Assembly (NCBI GenBank): GCA_013239625.1 | Contig: MU053810.1 | Span: 4,124,071 to 4,188,070, forward strand | Source: Lama guanicoe | Lineage: Eukaryota | Direction: 5' to 3' | DNA: 64,000 nt | Shown here: positions 14,481-26,805 of the stretch, in pieces | Layout of the letters: each line of letters opens with the position of its first letter | Numbering within the stretch: position 1 is the first letter of the stretch | The notes under the pieces: model-generated | What the model was told of the DNA's origin: nothing | What the model saw: only the letters and a program-made list of their open reading frames with translations | Databases searched by the model: none | Made by a program: the position numbers and the translations under genes

Positions 14481-15195
14481 CTGGTGGGAATGCAGTTTGG
14501 TGCAGGAACTGTGGAGAACAGTATGGAGATTCCTCAAAAGACTAAGAATAGACTTACGACCCAGGAATCCCGCTCCTGGGCATATATCCAGGAACCCTAC
14601 TTCAAAAAGACACCTGCACCCCAGTGTTCATAGTAGCATTATTTACAATTGCCAAGACATGGAAATAGCCTAAATGTTCATCAACAGATGACTGGATAAA
14701 GAAAATGTGGTATATTTATACAATGGAATACTATACAGCCATAAAATGACAACATAGTGCCATTTGCAGCAACATGGATGTTCTTGGAGAAGGTCATTCT
14801 AAGTGAAGTAAGCCAGAAAGAGAAAGAAAAATGCCATGTAAGATTGCTCATATGTGGAATCTAAAAAAACCAAAAAAACAAAAAAAAATACAAAACAGAA
14901 ACAGACTCATAGACAGAGAATAAAACTTGTGGTTGCCAAGGGGATGGGGTGGGTGGGAAGGGACAGACTGGCATTTCAAAATGTAGAATAGATAAACAAA
15001 ATTATACAGTATAGCACAGAGAAATATATACAAGATCTTATGTTAGCTCACAGAGAAAAAAATGTCACAATGAATATATATATGTTCATGTATAACTGAA
15101 AAATTATGCTCTACACTGGAATTTGACACAACATTGTAAAATGACTATAACTCAATAAAAAAATGTTAAAAAAAAGAAATCTCAAAAAAAAAAAA
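14481..15195 (+). mobile_element. Young 5'-truncated L1 (probably camelid-specific), ORF2 end + 3' UTR + poly(A)
   Basis: ORF2 C-terminal sequence, AATAAA and A-tail. Exact 13-bp TSD acttcaatgcttg at 14468-14480 and 15198-15210. 3' UTR nearly identical to the copies at 52.4-53.8 kb and 60.1-60.7 kb. Confidence 0.92.
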
Positions 15196-15387
15196 GGACT
15201 TCAATGCTTGTTTGCAATGACACCAAAAGTTGCTTCCAGAAGTGGATGTCCACATAATAAAATGTGTAGGATGCCAGAGTGAATGGTGTGACATAGAAAC
15301 GGTTGCGGCATCTCTCTGTGCAAAGGTTCAGAGACAGAAGAAACCTTGGCTCTTTCACGGATGTGCAAGATTTTCAGTAAAGTTGAG

Positions 15388-15591
15388 CAGTGCCATACAG
15401 GAGAACTTTCTTCAGTGATGGAAATGTTTTATGTCTGTGTTGTCCACATAGACATTTGCTGTATGTGGTTATTGGGGACTTGAAAAATGGCTAGTGTAAC
15501 TGAGTGACTAAATTTTAATTTTAGCTCATTTTAATTCATTTAAATTTAAATAGCCACACGTGGCTAGTGGATGCCATGTTGGTCAATGCAG
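15388..15591 (+). mobile_element. MER3-like hAT-Charlie DNA transposon relic
   Basis: 'gaactttc..gatggaaatgtt...cttgaaaaatggctagtgtaactgag...atttaaatttaaatagccacacgtggctagtgg' matches the MER3 consensus as I recall it. Confidence 0.75.
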
Positions 15592-18565
15592 TTCTAGAAC
15601 ACAGATGAGTGTGAAAAGGGATGAGGCTGGAATAAGACATAGTAGGATGCATGGCCTTTGTCCTCTAGGTCACAAGGAGAAACTGAAGATGGCTGCTGGC
15701 TCAGGGCCATGAGTTGGCATAAAAGGAGAAGATCAAGGGCACAGGTTGAGCGATTGGCCATGGCCTTGAGCTCACAGCCCGGGGTCAGAGGCCAGGAGGC
15801 CAGGTCGGGTGTGAAAGAAGCAACAATTTATAAAGGCAGGGAAAAGAGAAGGAAAATTTAAGGAAAGTCATATCAGATAGATTTGGTTTTTTTCCAGGTA
15901 GCAAGAGACCAGTTTGTCTACTGAAAGTGAGGGAATGAAAGATGAACTGAGCGCTTGGAACATGTGGAGAGGAGAGCAGGGTTGACCTGGAATGATCATC
16001 TGGGGACTGACCGATGATAAGTCACAGGGTTTCCAGGTGGTAAGACTGAGGGCAGAGCTGAGGTTGAAAACTGTGGCTTTGAAATGGCTGCAAGCTGCAG
16101 TTCCAGAAGGGTTTACTTATCTATACGTGGGACTGGAGAAGATGTGCTGTAGCAGGAATCCAGGGTGGTAGCCCCAAGCAGTTATTGTAAGAAGCCTGGG
16201 GTGCAAGGGAACTGAGTAAGCTAGCGAGAGAGTCCTTCAGGTAATCAATAAATTGAGGTCATGAAAGATTTAGAAGAAAAAGTTAGGTCAGAGTGTAGAA
16301 AAAGTTGAAGACTTCAGAGGCATGTTTATCAATGACCACAAGATCCACGGTGTGGCCATGGCACCGTGGGGCTGAAAGGCTCAGAGGTGAGAGCAACTGG
16401 AGTGGAAGTACTGACGCACCACTAATGACAAAATGGAAAGACTTGAGATAGAAAATGAGGATGTGAACTACATGTCATTAATGAGCGACAGAAGTTATCA
16501 GGACCTCAGCAGTAAACCTAGAGAGGGAGAAGAAGGCGGCATGGTAAGGTGGCATGAGCATTAAAGGGGGGACATTTTTATAATAAGATAGAGAAATAAT
16601 GCCAACTCGACCTCCTGATCCTAGAACACTCTTGGGGGATGAGCATCTCCAGCAGCTGGTGGGAACACAGTGTCCTTCAGAGTAGAGGGAGATTTCAGTT
16701 GAGGAAGGAATTGGAGTAAGTGTTCAGTGACCAAGTTAACGATATCGGGGAGCTTATCTACCGGGTATGCAGAGTTCAAGAGGGCCCATGAGTTACACAG
16801 CAGTGAGAGGACCAGCGAGAGAAGCCACAGCACAGGGACACAGGTAGGGTCTTTTATATTGTCACAAATTTGCTAGTAGGAAATAATTGTCATTTCTACT
16901 AACTTTGGAAATGGGTTAGGGAATAAACAGAAAATTGGACCCTATCACCAGTTAGATGTGGGGCAAACAGCCTTCACCACAGGTGAGGGATGACGGGATC
17001 TAGAACTTTACTCTTTCTCTCCTCTAGGTCATGGCTGTGCATGCAGAGAGGGAGCAGAGAAACGGGAGGGATCTGTAGGTCTGCTTTTCTGACTGTCTTT
17101 AGAGACGGGATACATTCTCCTTACTTAGTTTGGGATGATTCAGGTGTGACTGCTCACTTGAAAGAGAAGGATAAATTACACTGCCTCACAAGTGCTTTTC
17201 CATTCCAATGAGTTTGTGAATCTAAGCTAAATTAGCTCAGATTTCTGAGGATTATAAATACAGGGGAATAGCGCTACACCATTTTTTGAGGGTTCATGGT
17301 GATCTTATTTTATAAACTTAAAATCATAACACGTAGTCCATCAATTGATGTTTTCTAATCTCTAAATTAAATGACACATGGTTAGATATTGAAGGCACTG
17401 CCTTTATAGAAGAGAATAAAATAAATTTTTACTGGAATTGTCCCAGAAAAGTCTGAGATATATGATCACAATACTTACAAGTGAGAATAATTTATCAGGT
17501 GGATATTTCAGTAACCATGCCTTTATGGATATGGTTTAGCAAATTCTGATCTAGGGCACAAAAAGTCCCAGTTTCCAGGGAAGCCCAAATCCAAGAAATG
17601 AGAGGTATCACTCTTGTTGAATAATTTAGACTTCTCTACTTTACCACGCTCTGGTCTTAACTTTTCTCCTGTTTTCCTAAGTATTCATGCCTTATACAGG
17701 TTCTTTGTTTTACTCAGCTGCTCAGAAACACATCATCTCACTTAAAATGAGGAAGCCAATGAGAACGAGTTAGCTCTGTTTTCAGTGCTGTAATTTAAGG
17801 AAAATTCCTTCTCCTGCACATAATAAAGAATTCTCAGCATGTTTAGCCACAGCTAATCCTATTCCTTTGGGTGCAATGCGGTGCTTGTACTTTGGAACAT
17901 TTTAAGAGCATTACCCAGCTAGGCGGGAAACCTGCTTTTAAGGGCTTACTGGTATTATGCTGTCTCAAAGCAGAAATAACATCATTTCAAGTTGCCACAT
18001 CCTCATTCATTCTTTCTACAGACGCCTGTAGGCGTTTAAAGGTCTTTTGCCCCTTCCGTGACAGTTTAATTTTGTAAGGGAACAGTCTTAGAATTCAGTG
18101 GGTTCTGCAATCTTAGAAAATAGCCAAACAGAACAAACAAGAAAATCTCCGTACTTGTTTGAAATTTCATGAGGTGAAGACTTCTGGTCAAGAGACCAGG
18201 TCCAGCCTCTTCTTACCAGGGGCAGACTTGGAGTTTCCTACGAGCTATGGCTGGGAACTGCCCATGCCACAGAAGCCACTTTTTGGAGAAAAGAACTTTA
18301 GTTGGGGTTATAGGGACTGGAAGAGAGGAAAAATAAAGACATGAGAGGGGAATGAGAGGCGAGAACCCCCTTTAGGGCCAAAAGTGGGCAAAGGACGGCA
18401 AGGCCAGAGCTAGACTAGGGGCTCCTGCGAGTAGGGCTGTGGGAACTGAACGTGATTTCCCATTAAATCTGGGCTCTGAGGAAGAGGGGTGCTTGACATA
18501 CTTAATCCTGGAGACTTGGGAGCCTTTTCTGAAGTTTCCAGGCATCAAGACTGGGAGTTGGGGGT

Positions 18566-18647
18566 GGGGAGGGTGTAGCTCAGTGGTAGAGCACATGCTT
18601 AGCATGCACGAGGTCCTGGCTTCAACCCCGAGCACCTCCATTAAAAA
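18566..18647 (+). mobile_element. tRNA-Ala(AGC)-derived SINE (camelid vic-1-like)
   Basis: ggggagggtgtagctcagtggtagagcacatgcttagcatgcacgaggtcctggcttcaaccccgagcacctcca plus A-rich tail. A-box present, B-box degenerate (ggcttcaacc). Confidence 0.8.
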
Positions 18648-19109
18648 CAGTAATAATAGGAGTTAGGAACTGTAGCCCAGAGATCTTGACCATGAAGACA
18701 CTGTAAGATTCTCTGAATGCATATAACTGCCCCGGGTTATAGTTTTTTGTTTACTTGTTTGTTTTTCAATTTCCTTTTCCCCACAGAGACACTGGTAAGC
18801 CCCTCAGGAGTGTATGGTCCATACCTTCAGTTTGTGAACAGTAAGGAAGAGTCAAGCTGGGAAACAGTCTCTTCTGTTGCCAGATTTGGAGGATGAGGGA
18901 ACAGAGGATACAGAATAGGAGCAGGCAGCTTTAATAGAAAAATGGAAAGCAGGGTTTTGGGTGAACTCAGAGGGACTCCTCACAAGAGGCCAGCTTTGAA
19001 TATGCACTATTTATACGATGTATAAAATCCTAACATAAAGGGGACCCTGGTGAGACCTCAGAAGAAAAGGTAAATTCTTCCTTGGAGTAATGTAGCCTCT
19101 ATGTAGCCA

Positions 19110-19150
19110 TCCCCAAAAAGAGAGTACCCACAACAATAAAACCCACAGTT

Positions 19151-19183
<33 letters not shown>

Positions 19184-21420
19184 GCAGGCCAATAGGAATG
19201 AGTCAGCAGAAATAACAAACACAAAACCAGATCCACAAAGGATTAGCAGAGGGCAGTAAAACAGTAAGGTTTAATATCTTTACAGAAATAAAAGAGAGAT
19301 TTGTTTAAAAAGAATAAGGACAGAGAGGCTATGTAGCAACCAGACAGATCTGAGAAAGAACCAAACAGCAATTCTGGAAATGAAATAAAATTATTTAAAA
19401 GAAGAACTTAATGGGATGGCTCAATAAGGAAATAGATGTAGCTGAAGAGACAATTCTGAGGAATGCTGATTAGGGGAACAGATGAAAATGTAAACGGAAG
19501 GTCAACTGGCTGAGAATTTTCCAGGATTGTTGAAACACATATCTCCAATCCAGGAGACCAACACATCGCTATCTAGATAAATAAAAAGAAATCCACACCT
19601 ATACTCATCCTAGTAGAACTGCAGAATGCAGAAAATAAAGAGAAATCATTAATGGCAGCAAAAGAAAAGGCAATTTACCTGAAAAGAAATAATGATTAGA
19701 CTGAATGCTGAGTCAACAACAGCAATGAAGACTGAAGTCAAATATTTAAATATTCAAATTACTGACAGAAATTGTGAAACAAGAATCGTGCTCCTTGCAA
19801 AATAATCTTTTTCACAAACAAGAGGGAAATATTTTCTGTATAATAAAGTTGAAAAGATTTACTGGCAACAAATTTTCACTTATGGAATCTCTGAAGGATG
19901 TTTTTCAAATGAAAGGAAGAACTCTCCAAAAGAAGATCTGAGCTATGGGGGGAAAAACGGCATACAAATAAAATTACTAAATCTACTCAATATTGAAACT
20001 GTAAAATAATAATGTCTAATTTATGGAGGTCACAACAAACCATGTAGAGTTAAACAACTGGGCAAACATAGACTGTAAGCTGAGGGCTAGGTTGGCAGTG
20101 GTTGAAAATAAAACAATAGACTTCAGTATATTATTTAAAGCATGGATAAATATATCCATTAGGAAGTTACAGTAGTTCTAAATATATATACACCTAATAC
20201 AATGGGCTAATATAAAGGAAAAATTAATAGAACTACAAGAGTAAATTGACATACACTAACCAGAGGGAAAAATTTCAGCTTACCTGTCTCATTATTTATA
20301 GATCAGGAATAACATGAGAAATACAGAAGAGCTGAACACCACAATTAACAAGCTTGATTCAATGGACAATATAAAATTCAGTTAAAGAATATGAATATTC
20401 TCCAACAATATGGACATTTACAAATTGATCACGTGTAAGGCATACAAGTCTCAGTAAATTTCAGTAAATGGTTATCATATAGGGCACATTCTCTGGCTAC
20501 ACTTAATTAAGAAGTTAACAATAAAGAAGTGAATTTTAAAATCTCAATGTATTTGGAAATTTAAAATAGCTAAATAACTCATGGATTGAAGATGAATCAA
20601 AGTGGAAATTAAAAAATATGAAAACTAAATGGCAGCGAAAACTTGTAGAATGCAACCAAAGAGATGCTTCCTGGGTAATTTATAGACTAAAATGTATATT
20701 AGAAAAGGAGAAGGCTGAAAACTAATGCAATTTCCAATTTTAAAAGTAAGAAAATGCAGTAACAGATGGTAACAGTAAAGATAAGAGCAGAAATCAATTT
20801 AAAAAAAAAAGCAGATACAATAGAGAGGATAGAAAGGCCAAATGTTGGTTGTTTGAAAATTAAAAGTAGATAAATCTCTGTAAGAATGTTAAAGAAAGAG
20901 AAAAAATATACAAATAACTAATATGAATGAAAAAGGAAATCAACTAGAGGTACAGCAAACAGAGAGAAATAAGAGAATACCATCAGTAACGTTTTTCAGT
21001 ATGTTTTGACAACTTAGAAGAAATGAAAGAATTCCTGGAAAAATATAACCTGTTATAACTGAGTATTAAATAAATTAAAACACTAGCTAAAAATCTTCTC
21101 AGGACCATAAAATTTTACAGACGAACTCTACTAGATTTTTAAGTAACAGATCATTCCAATTATTTACTAACTCTCCAGGTAGCAGAAGAAAAAAAAGAAA
21201 AAGAACAGTATTCCCAAATTCATTCTGTGAGGCCAGTGAAACCTGTATCCAAACCAGATATGAACAAAAAATAAGTAATGATGAAAAATTTAAAAATAAA
21301 AACTCAATAGAATTGAAAGGCTAGATGACAACAGTATGTAAGCATTGAGATGAGTGATCGAGTCAAAGCATCCATAACTCATATTATTCAGCAGACAGGT
21401 GAAGATATTGATTACTATGA
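19110..21420 (+). mobile_element. Ancient L1 (ORF1, inter-ORF and ORF2 5' remnants) with an internal (CA)n at 19153-19181
   Basis: Decayed ORF1 motifs ('gctgagaattttccagga', 'ataaataaaaagaaatccacaccta') and ORF2 motifs ('atatatacacctaata', 'gagcagaaatcaat', 'aaatgaaagaattcctggaaaaatataacc'). Boundaries approximate. Confidence 0.6.
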
Positions 21421-21421
21421 G

Positions 21422-22468
21422 TTTTATTTTTATTTTTTAATATGTAATTCTATTATTCTGTAAAAGTAACAAAATATACAGAATGAATCGTTCCCTTTTT
21501 TAAACTAAAGTTACAAACCCTATTATCACTTACATATAAATACTATATAGCTGATCATTTTTTAGGTGTCTAAGTCCAACAATGCAGCTAACGGTTAAGC
21601 AAAAAAAAAAAAAAAAAAAAGAAAAAAAAGAAAAAAGAAGAAAAAAATCAGGCCTGTTTGGCACTATGACACAATTGGGAAAGAGAAACCAGGGACACTT
21701 CCATTGGTCCCAGCCCCAGAACATCCCCACTGAAATAACTACTCTTTATAAAGGACGTGGATGTGGGTGCAGAGAACTAGGCGTAGGGGCTGGAGGCGGC
21801 CAGCGGCCTCCCTGCGGAGCCCGCGCGGCTGCGCCCCTCGCGTGGCCTCAAACTCGCCCATGCGCTGCGTGGTGTTGCCCTGCCGGTCCGCCGCAGCGTC
21901 TTGTACTTGGCCCGGCCTTGCCTCATCTTCTCGTTGTGGATGATGCCATTGTGGGTCCGCTTGTTCTCGTCTCTGGCCTGGGACAGCTCATCGCTCAGCG
22001 TCATCAGCTGCCGCTGCACGCGCTCGTTCTTCTCGGCTTCGGTGATCCGCTTCTCGTCGTTGTGGTCGTCCAGGATGCCCTCGCTGGACAGCTCGGCGCT
22101 GCGGCCCGTGTACTCCGTGCCCTCCTCCTGTGGGCTGTCCCGGACGTGGTAGATAGATGATCACGGGCTCGTACATGGCCGGCGGCGGCGGGGCGGGGCG
22201 GGGCGGGCGAGGGGGGGCAGACATCACCAGGTGCAGCTCCTCCTTGGTCTTCACCAGGTCATCCTGCGCTGCTTTGGCCCGGAGCTGCCACTCCTCCACC
22301 TCGTTCTCCTTGCGTATCCGCGCCTCTTGCAGGAGGGCGATCTTGGCCGTGTACTCTGCGAGTTCCGTGGCCAGCTGCTCCTGGCTCTTTATCCGCCTGC
22401 CTCTCCAGCTCCTCCTTGGCTGGCAGCACGGCCGTGCGGTTGGCCTCTAGGCGCTCGACCTCCTCCTG
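21422..22468 (-). pseudogene. EZR: Processed pseudogene of ezrin, 5'-truncated (end of coiled coil, poly-Pro, C-ERMAD, 3' UTR, poly(A))
   Basis: Minus-strand peptides [25 protein letters not shown] / [61 protein letters not shown] / [55 protein letters not shown] match the ezrin C-terminus. Intronless with several frameshifts; CDS remnant 22468-21838. The 3' UTR matches EZR ('cccaattgtgtcatagtgccaaacaggcctga', 'ctgtatattttgttacttttacagaata'). Decayed poly(A) appears as T-runs at 21422-21438. Confidence 0.93.
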
Positions 22469-23599
22469 ATCAGAAGATCAGAAAGAAGAAATGTGAAATT
22501 AAAAAAAAAATTGAACAATAAATAAGAAGAAATAAGGCCAAATATATGAAGAATCACAATGAGTGTCAAATGCATAGATTGATAGACTGGCTGTAAAAAT
22601 CCAGTAGATACTGTTTACCTGTACAAGCTGACAGAAATTTTCTTCACCTGGCCTACCTGCCCTAGAATAACCTAATTATGTCTATTGTCTCTGGGAAATA
22701 AGGTACCTAATGAATAGAAATTCACAGATGTCTGAGCCAACAAATGTTACCCAAGTCAGAATTAATTTGCCTCTAAGGTTCTTGCAGCCCTTTCACAGGC
22801 ATGTTTTTATTTCATCAGTCACTATCCTGAGGGTGTGAGGTATTTTAGGCCAACACCGCAGTTCCTTGAGCAGTGTCTCTGGTTTCCGTAAAATTGACCA
22901 CTCAACCAAGCAGTTGTACAAAGCTCTTCACTGTTGGAGCATCATGGACCTTGGCATAGGACTTCAGCCTCAAGATGTCATTCGGGGGCCTTTTCTGAGG
23001 ATAGTTCTTTCTTGGAGAGCCTAAGGGCTAACTTTACTGAAATCTGATTCCACATTTTCCTATCTATCGTGACATTTAGTTATGCCAATTTCATAGTGTG
23101 AGGGCCAGTCTTACTGTTTAGGCTGATGTTCAGCTGTCTAGGGCAGCAAAAAAACTATCAACATCAAAGCGTGGGTGACTATGGTGGCAGAAAAAATGCT
23201 ATTCTAAAAGCCCACAAAAAAAGAAAACAGAATTAAAAACTTAAAATACAAAGTTTACTTCCTTTAAAGAAAACAATGCTATAAGAAGAAGGCTTGAAAC
23301 TTAACGGTTCATGCTGAGCACCGTTCCGTCTAGAGAAACTAACAGCTAGCTCTGTGCTCAGGCAGATCTGAGGAACAGAAAACAGCTTTCCCCTTTCTCT
23401 AAAAATATTATCCTGCAGCCTTTGGCTCTGATATTCTTACAACAGGCTACTGCAGTTAAAAAATGTTGAAATTCTATTTGTATCAAAGTAAGACATGCAT
23501 CAAGTTAAAAAAATTAACACATCTAATAACAAACAGTACTCCCTTGCTCTAATATCTAAGTTGGATTTCTCAGAAGCACCCTCTTCATTTTTTGGAGCT

Positions 23600-26500
23600 A
23601 TTTTTTTTTCTGATAATTACCTATATAATTTAAAATACTACTCTCACTTTGATTTTTCAGTTTTAGGCATTGATTGCTGACTTCTTCGTATGAAAGATGA
23701 GCACTTGGAACTCTTATGAGAGCACCTCACCCCTCAACTTCCTCCATTTTCCCAATATATTTATATAACTTTTAAATAAAATCAATAACCAGTGTTGTAT
23801 TTTCATGGCTATGAAATTACCACTCACAGCTGAGCAAAATCTTGTTCTATGACTCTATTTTCTTTTTTATGAAACTTTCTATTTTCCTTGGAGTTGACAT
23901 TTGATTCATTTTTACTTGTTTGTTTTTTAAAATAACGTTCCCATCACAAATTCTCCTCAGATTATTCACAGGAACTATAAAACCCATGATCCTATTTTAA
24001 ATTTTCTACAAGGTAACCTATCAATTCTAGTTTGATTCCCCCTGGAGACATGGTTCTTCAGTCCTCCTAACCCTCCTTCCTGGTCTCGGTGGCATGACCT
24101 GGCCTAGTGCAGAGACGGCACCCTGGGACTCCCTTTTGCTTCACCATTATGTTACATCCCCTGTTCCTTCCATTTGCTCTGTTTTCCTTGCTTACTTGCT
24201 TATTTTGCTTCATTGTCTCATCCACTAGCTTTCTGAGAAATAGTGCATAGCAAGCAACATTTCTGAGACCTTGAGTGTCTAAAATGTGTTTACATCATCT
24301 TTGCACTTTTGGTTGCTTGCCTGGCTATGGATCCTAATGTTTCTTTTCCCCCCTACAACTCTGAAGGTATTGCTCAATTGTCTTCTAGCTTCCAATGTCT
24401 CTGATACAAAGTGTAATGTTATTCTGTCTTTATCCTTGAAATTAATGAGTGTTTTTCCCTGGAAGCTTTTTGGATTTTTTTTTTTTTAAATCTCTAGTGT
24501 TTTAAACAAGTTTAATGACACACTTTGCTTGGGTCCTTTCTTTTTCATTTTGCTTGGTTCATTATTTCAATCTTAGGAAATTATTTTTTTATTTTTTATC
24601 ACATAAATTTCCCCTCCTGTGTTTTCTTTGGTCTCCTTTTCTGTATTACTATTATTTGGATGTGGGATTTTGAATTAATTACATAATTTTCCAGAATTTT
24701 TCTTTCTTGTTTTATGTCTCTTTACCTTAAAGTCTACTATCTGGTTGGTATTCCTCAATTTACCTTCCAGCCTCTGTGATATTTTTTATTTTGTCTACCC
24801 TGTTTTTAAGTTTCAAGAATTCTTACTGTTCTCTATGTCTGTTATTAATTTTTTATGGAGTCAATATTTTCTCTTAGCTCTTTGAGGGTATTAAATTCAG
24901 GTTTAAATTTTTTTTTTCTTTCAACTTTCTGCATTCTTATTTCCCCTGAATGCCTATGGCTTTTTGGTTGTAACTTTATATCAAGAAGCTGTTTGGAATA
25001 TGTGTGTGCAGGCAGGCCATGTCGACTAGGGCTCCTTGTGAGTTTCACAGCAGAGGCCCAGCTGTTTCAGTGAGTATTATCAAATGTCAGCATATGCAAA
25101 TCTTCCCTTCATCCTCCACTCAGTCTTTTTATATCTCAAGAGAAAAGAATTCTCTAGTCTTCAGCCTTGGGGAATATGCCTAGTTGCCTGCATTCTTGCA
25201 GTTGAGTCATGGAAAAGTTGTGGGTGTCTCAATATTCAGTATAGAGGTTTTTAAATTTTACTTTTTAATTTACATAAAGTAGTATTTTTTCTTTTGGGTT
25301 TACTGTTTTATGAGTTTTGACGAATGCAGAAGAGTCACAAACTACCAGCACGATTGAGAAATAGAACAGTTCCATCATCCTCCAAAATTCCCTCCTGCTT
25401 GTGCTTTGTGGTCAATTTCTCCCGCAAGCCCTAACCACTAGCAACCACTGCTACCTTTACCACTCTTAAGGTTTTTTCTTTTCTAGAATATCATATAAAT
25501 GGAATCATTCTTCTTTACCTTCTCATGTCCAGTTACTTTCATTTGGCCTAATGCAACTGAGAATCGTCCATCCTGTCCCATACATCAACAGTTCATTCCT
25601 ATGTTTGCTGATTAATATTCCATTATACTGATGTATCACAGATTGTTCATCGATTCCTCTGTTGAAGGACATCTCGATTGGTTCCAGTTTTTGGTGATTA
25701 TGTATAAATCTGCTATGAACATTTTCATACAGGCCTTTGTATGGAAACAGATTTTTCATTTCAATGCCCCCCCCCAGGAGGGAGGTTGCTAGGTCATATG
25801 GTAAATATATATTTAATTTTGTAAGAAACTAACAAGCTGTTTTTCAAAGTGACTGTACCATTTTGTGTTTTCATCAGCAACGCATGAGAGTTCCAGTTGC
25901 TCTATAATCTCACCAGGATAGTATCAGAATTTGTTTGTTTCTTAAGTCATTCTAATAGGTCAATAGTGGTATCACAGGGTGGTTTCAGTTTGCATTTTCC
26001 TAATGACTAATGATGCTAATGATCTTTTCACTGGCTTATTGGCCATCTGCATATCTCATTTCATGGAATATCTTTTGAAATATTTTGTGCATTTTTATAG
26101 GGGTGTTTATTTTCTTATTGTTGAATTTCAAGAATTCTTTATATATTCTGGATATATCAGTGCTTTCACAGATGTCTGATTTACAATCATTTTCTCATAG
26201 CCTGTGGCTTGTCTTTTACTCCTATAATAGTGACTTTCACAGAACAGAAGTTCTTAATTTTCAGGAAGTATAATATATCAATTCATTCTTGTATAGATTA
26301 TACTTTTAGTGTCATATCTAAGATTTCTTTGCCTAACCAAGTTCATAAAGATTCTCACCTATGTTTTCTTATAAAAGTTTTATAGATTTCAATCTTCCAT
26401 TTAGATCATAACCATCTTGAAGTAATTTTTGTAAAGATGTGAGGTATAATTCAAGGTTTATTTTTTTCATGTACATATGTCTAATTTTCCTAGCAATATT

Positions 26501-26805
26501 TGTTGAGAAGATGATTCTTTCACTGTTGGATTTCCTTGTACCTTCATCAGAAATAAATTGTCCATATTTGTGTGAGTTTAGTTCTAGACTTTATATCCTA
26601 TCCCATGCATCTATCTTTTTGCCAATATCTCATGGTCTTATTGTAATTTTAGAGTGAAACTTGAAGTCAGATAATATATAGCGTCAAAATTTGCTTTTTA
26701 AAAAAATTGTTTTAGTTCTTCTATTTCTTTTGCCTTTACATAAATTTTAGGTCAGCTTGTTGATAGATACAAAAATTCCTCCAGAATTTTCATTGAGATT
26801 GCTAC
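23600..26805 (-). mobile_element. Old antisense L1 fragments (5'/ORF1 remnants ~23.6-25.2 kb; L1MB/ME-type 3' end and ORF2 ~25.25-26.8 kb)
   Basis: T-rich + strand. 'aatagaacagttccatcatcctccaaaattccc', 'gttgaaggacatctcgattggttccagtttttgg' and 'tttgcattttcctaatgactaatgatg' are canonical inverse L1 3' motifs; ORF 25523..25759 is ORF2 C-terminus-like. Confidence 0.65.

Noticed and set aside
18566..18640. Functional tRNA-Ala gene
   Set aside because: Degenerate B-box and T-arm, 5' extension, A-rich tail and several diverged siblings indicate a SINE.
21601..21647. A-run suggesting a + strand poly(A) tail or twin-priming inversion
   Set aside because: Sequence on both sides matches the EZR 3' UTR in the same minus orientation, so it is the internal U-rich tract. 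The real tail is at 21422-21438.
21582..22160. 192 aa + strand ORF with poly-Lys N-terminus
   Set aside because: Antisense read of the EZR copy; the poly-Lys is the T-tract of the EZR 3' UTR.
23312..23364. ctgagcac...gtgctcag inverted repeat as a pre-miRNA
   Set aside because: Only ~8 bp pair well and the interior pairs poorly; compatible with chance.
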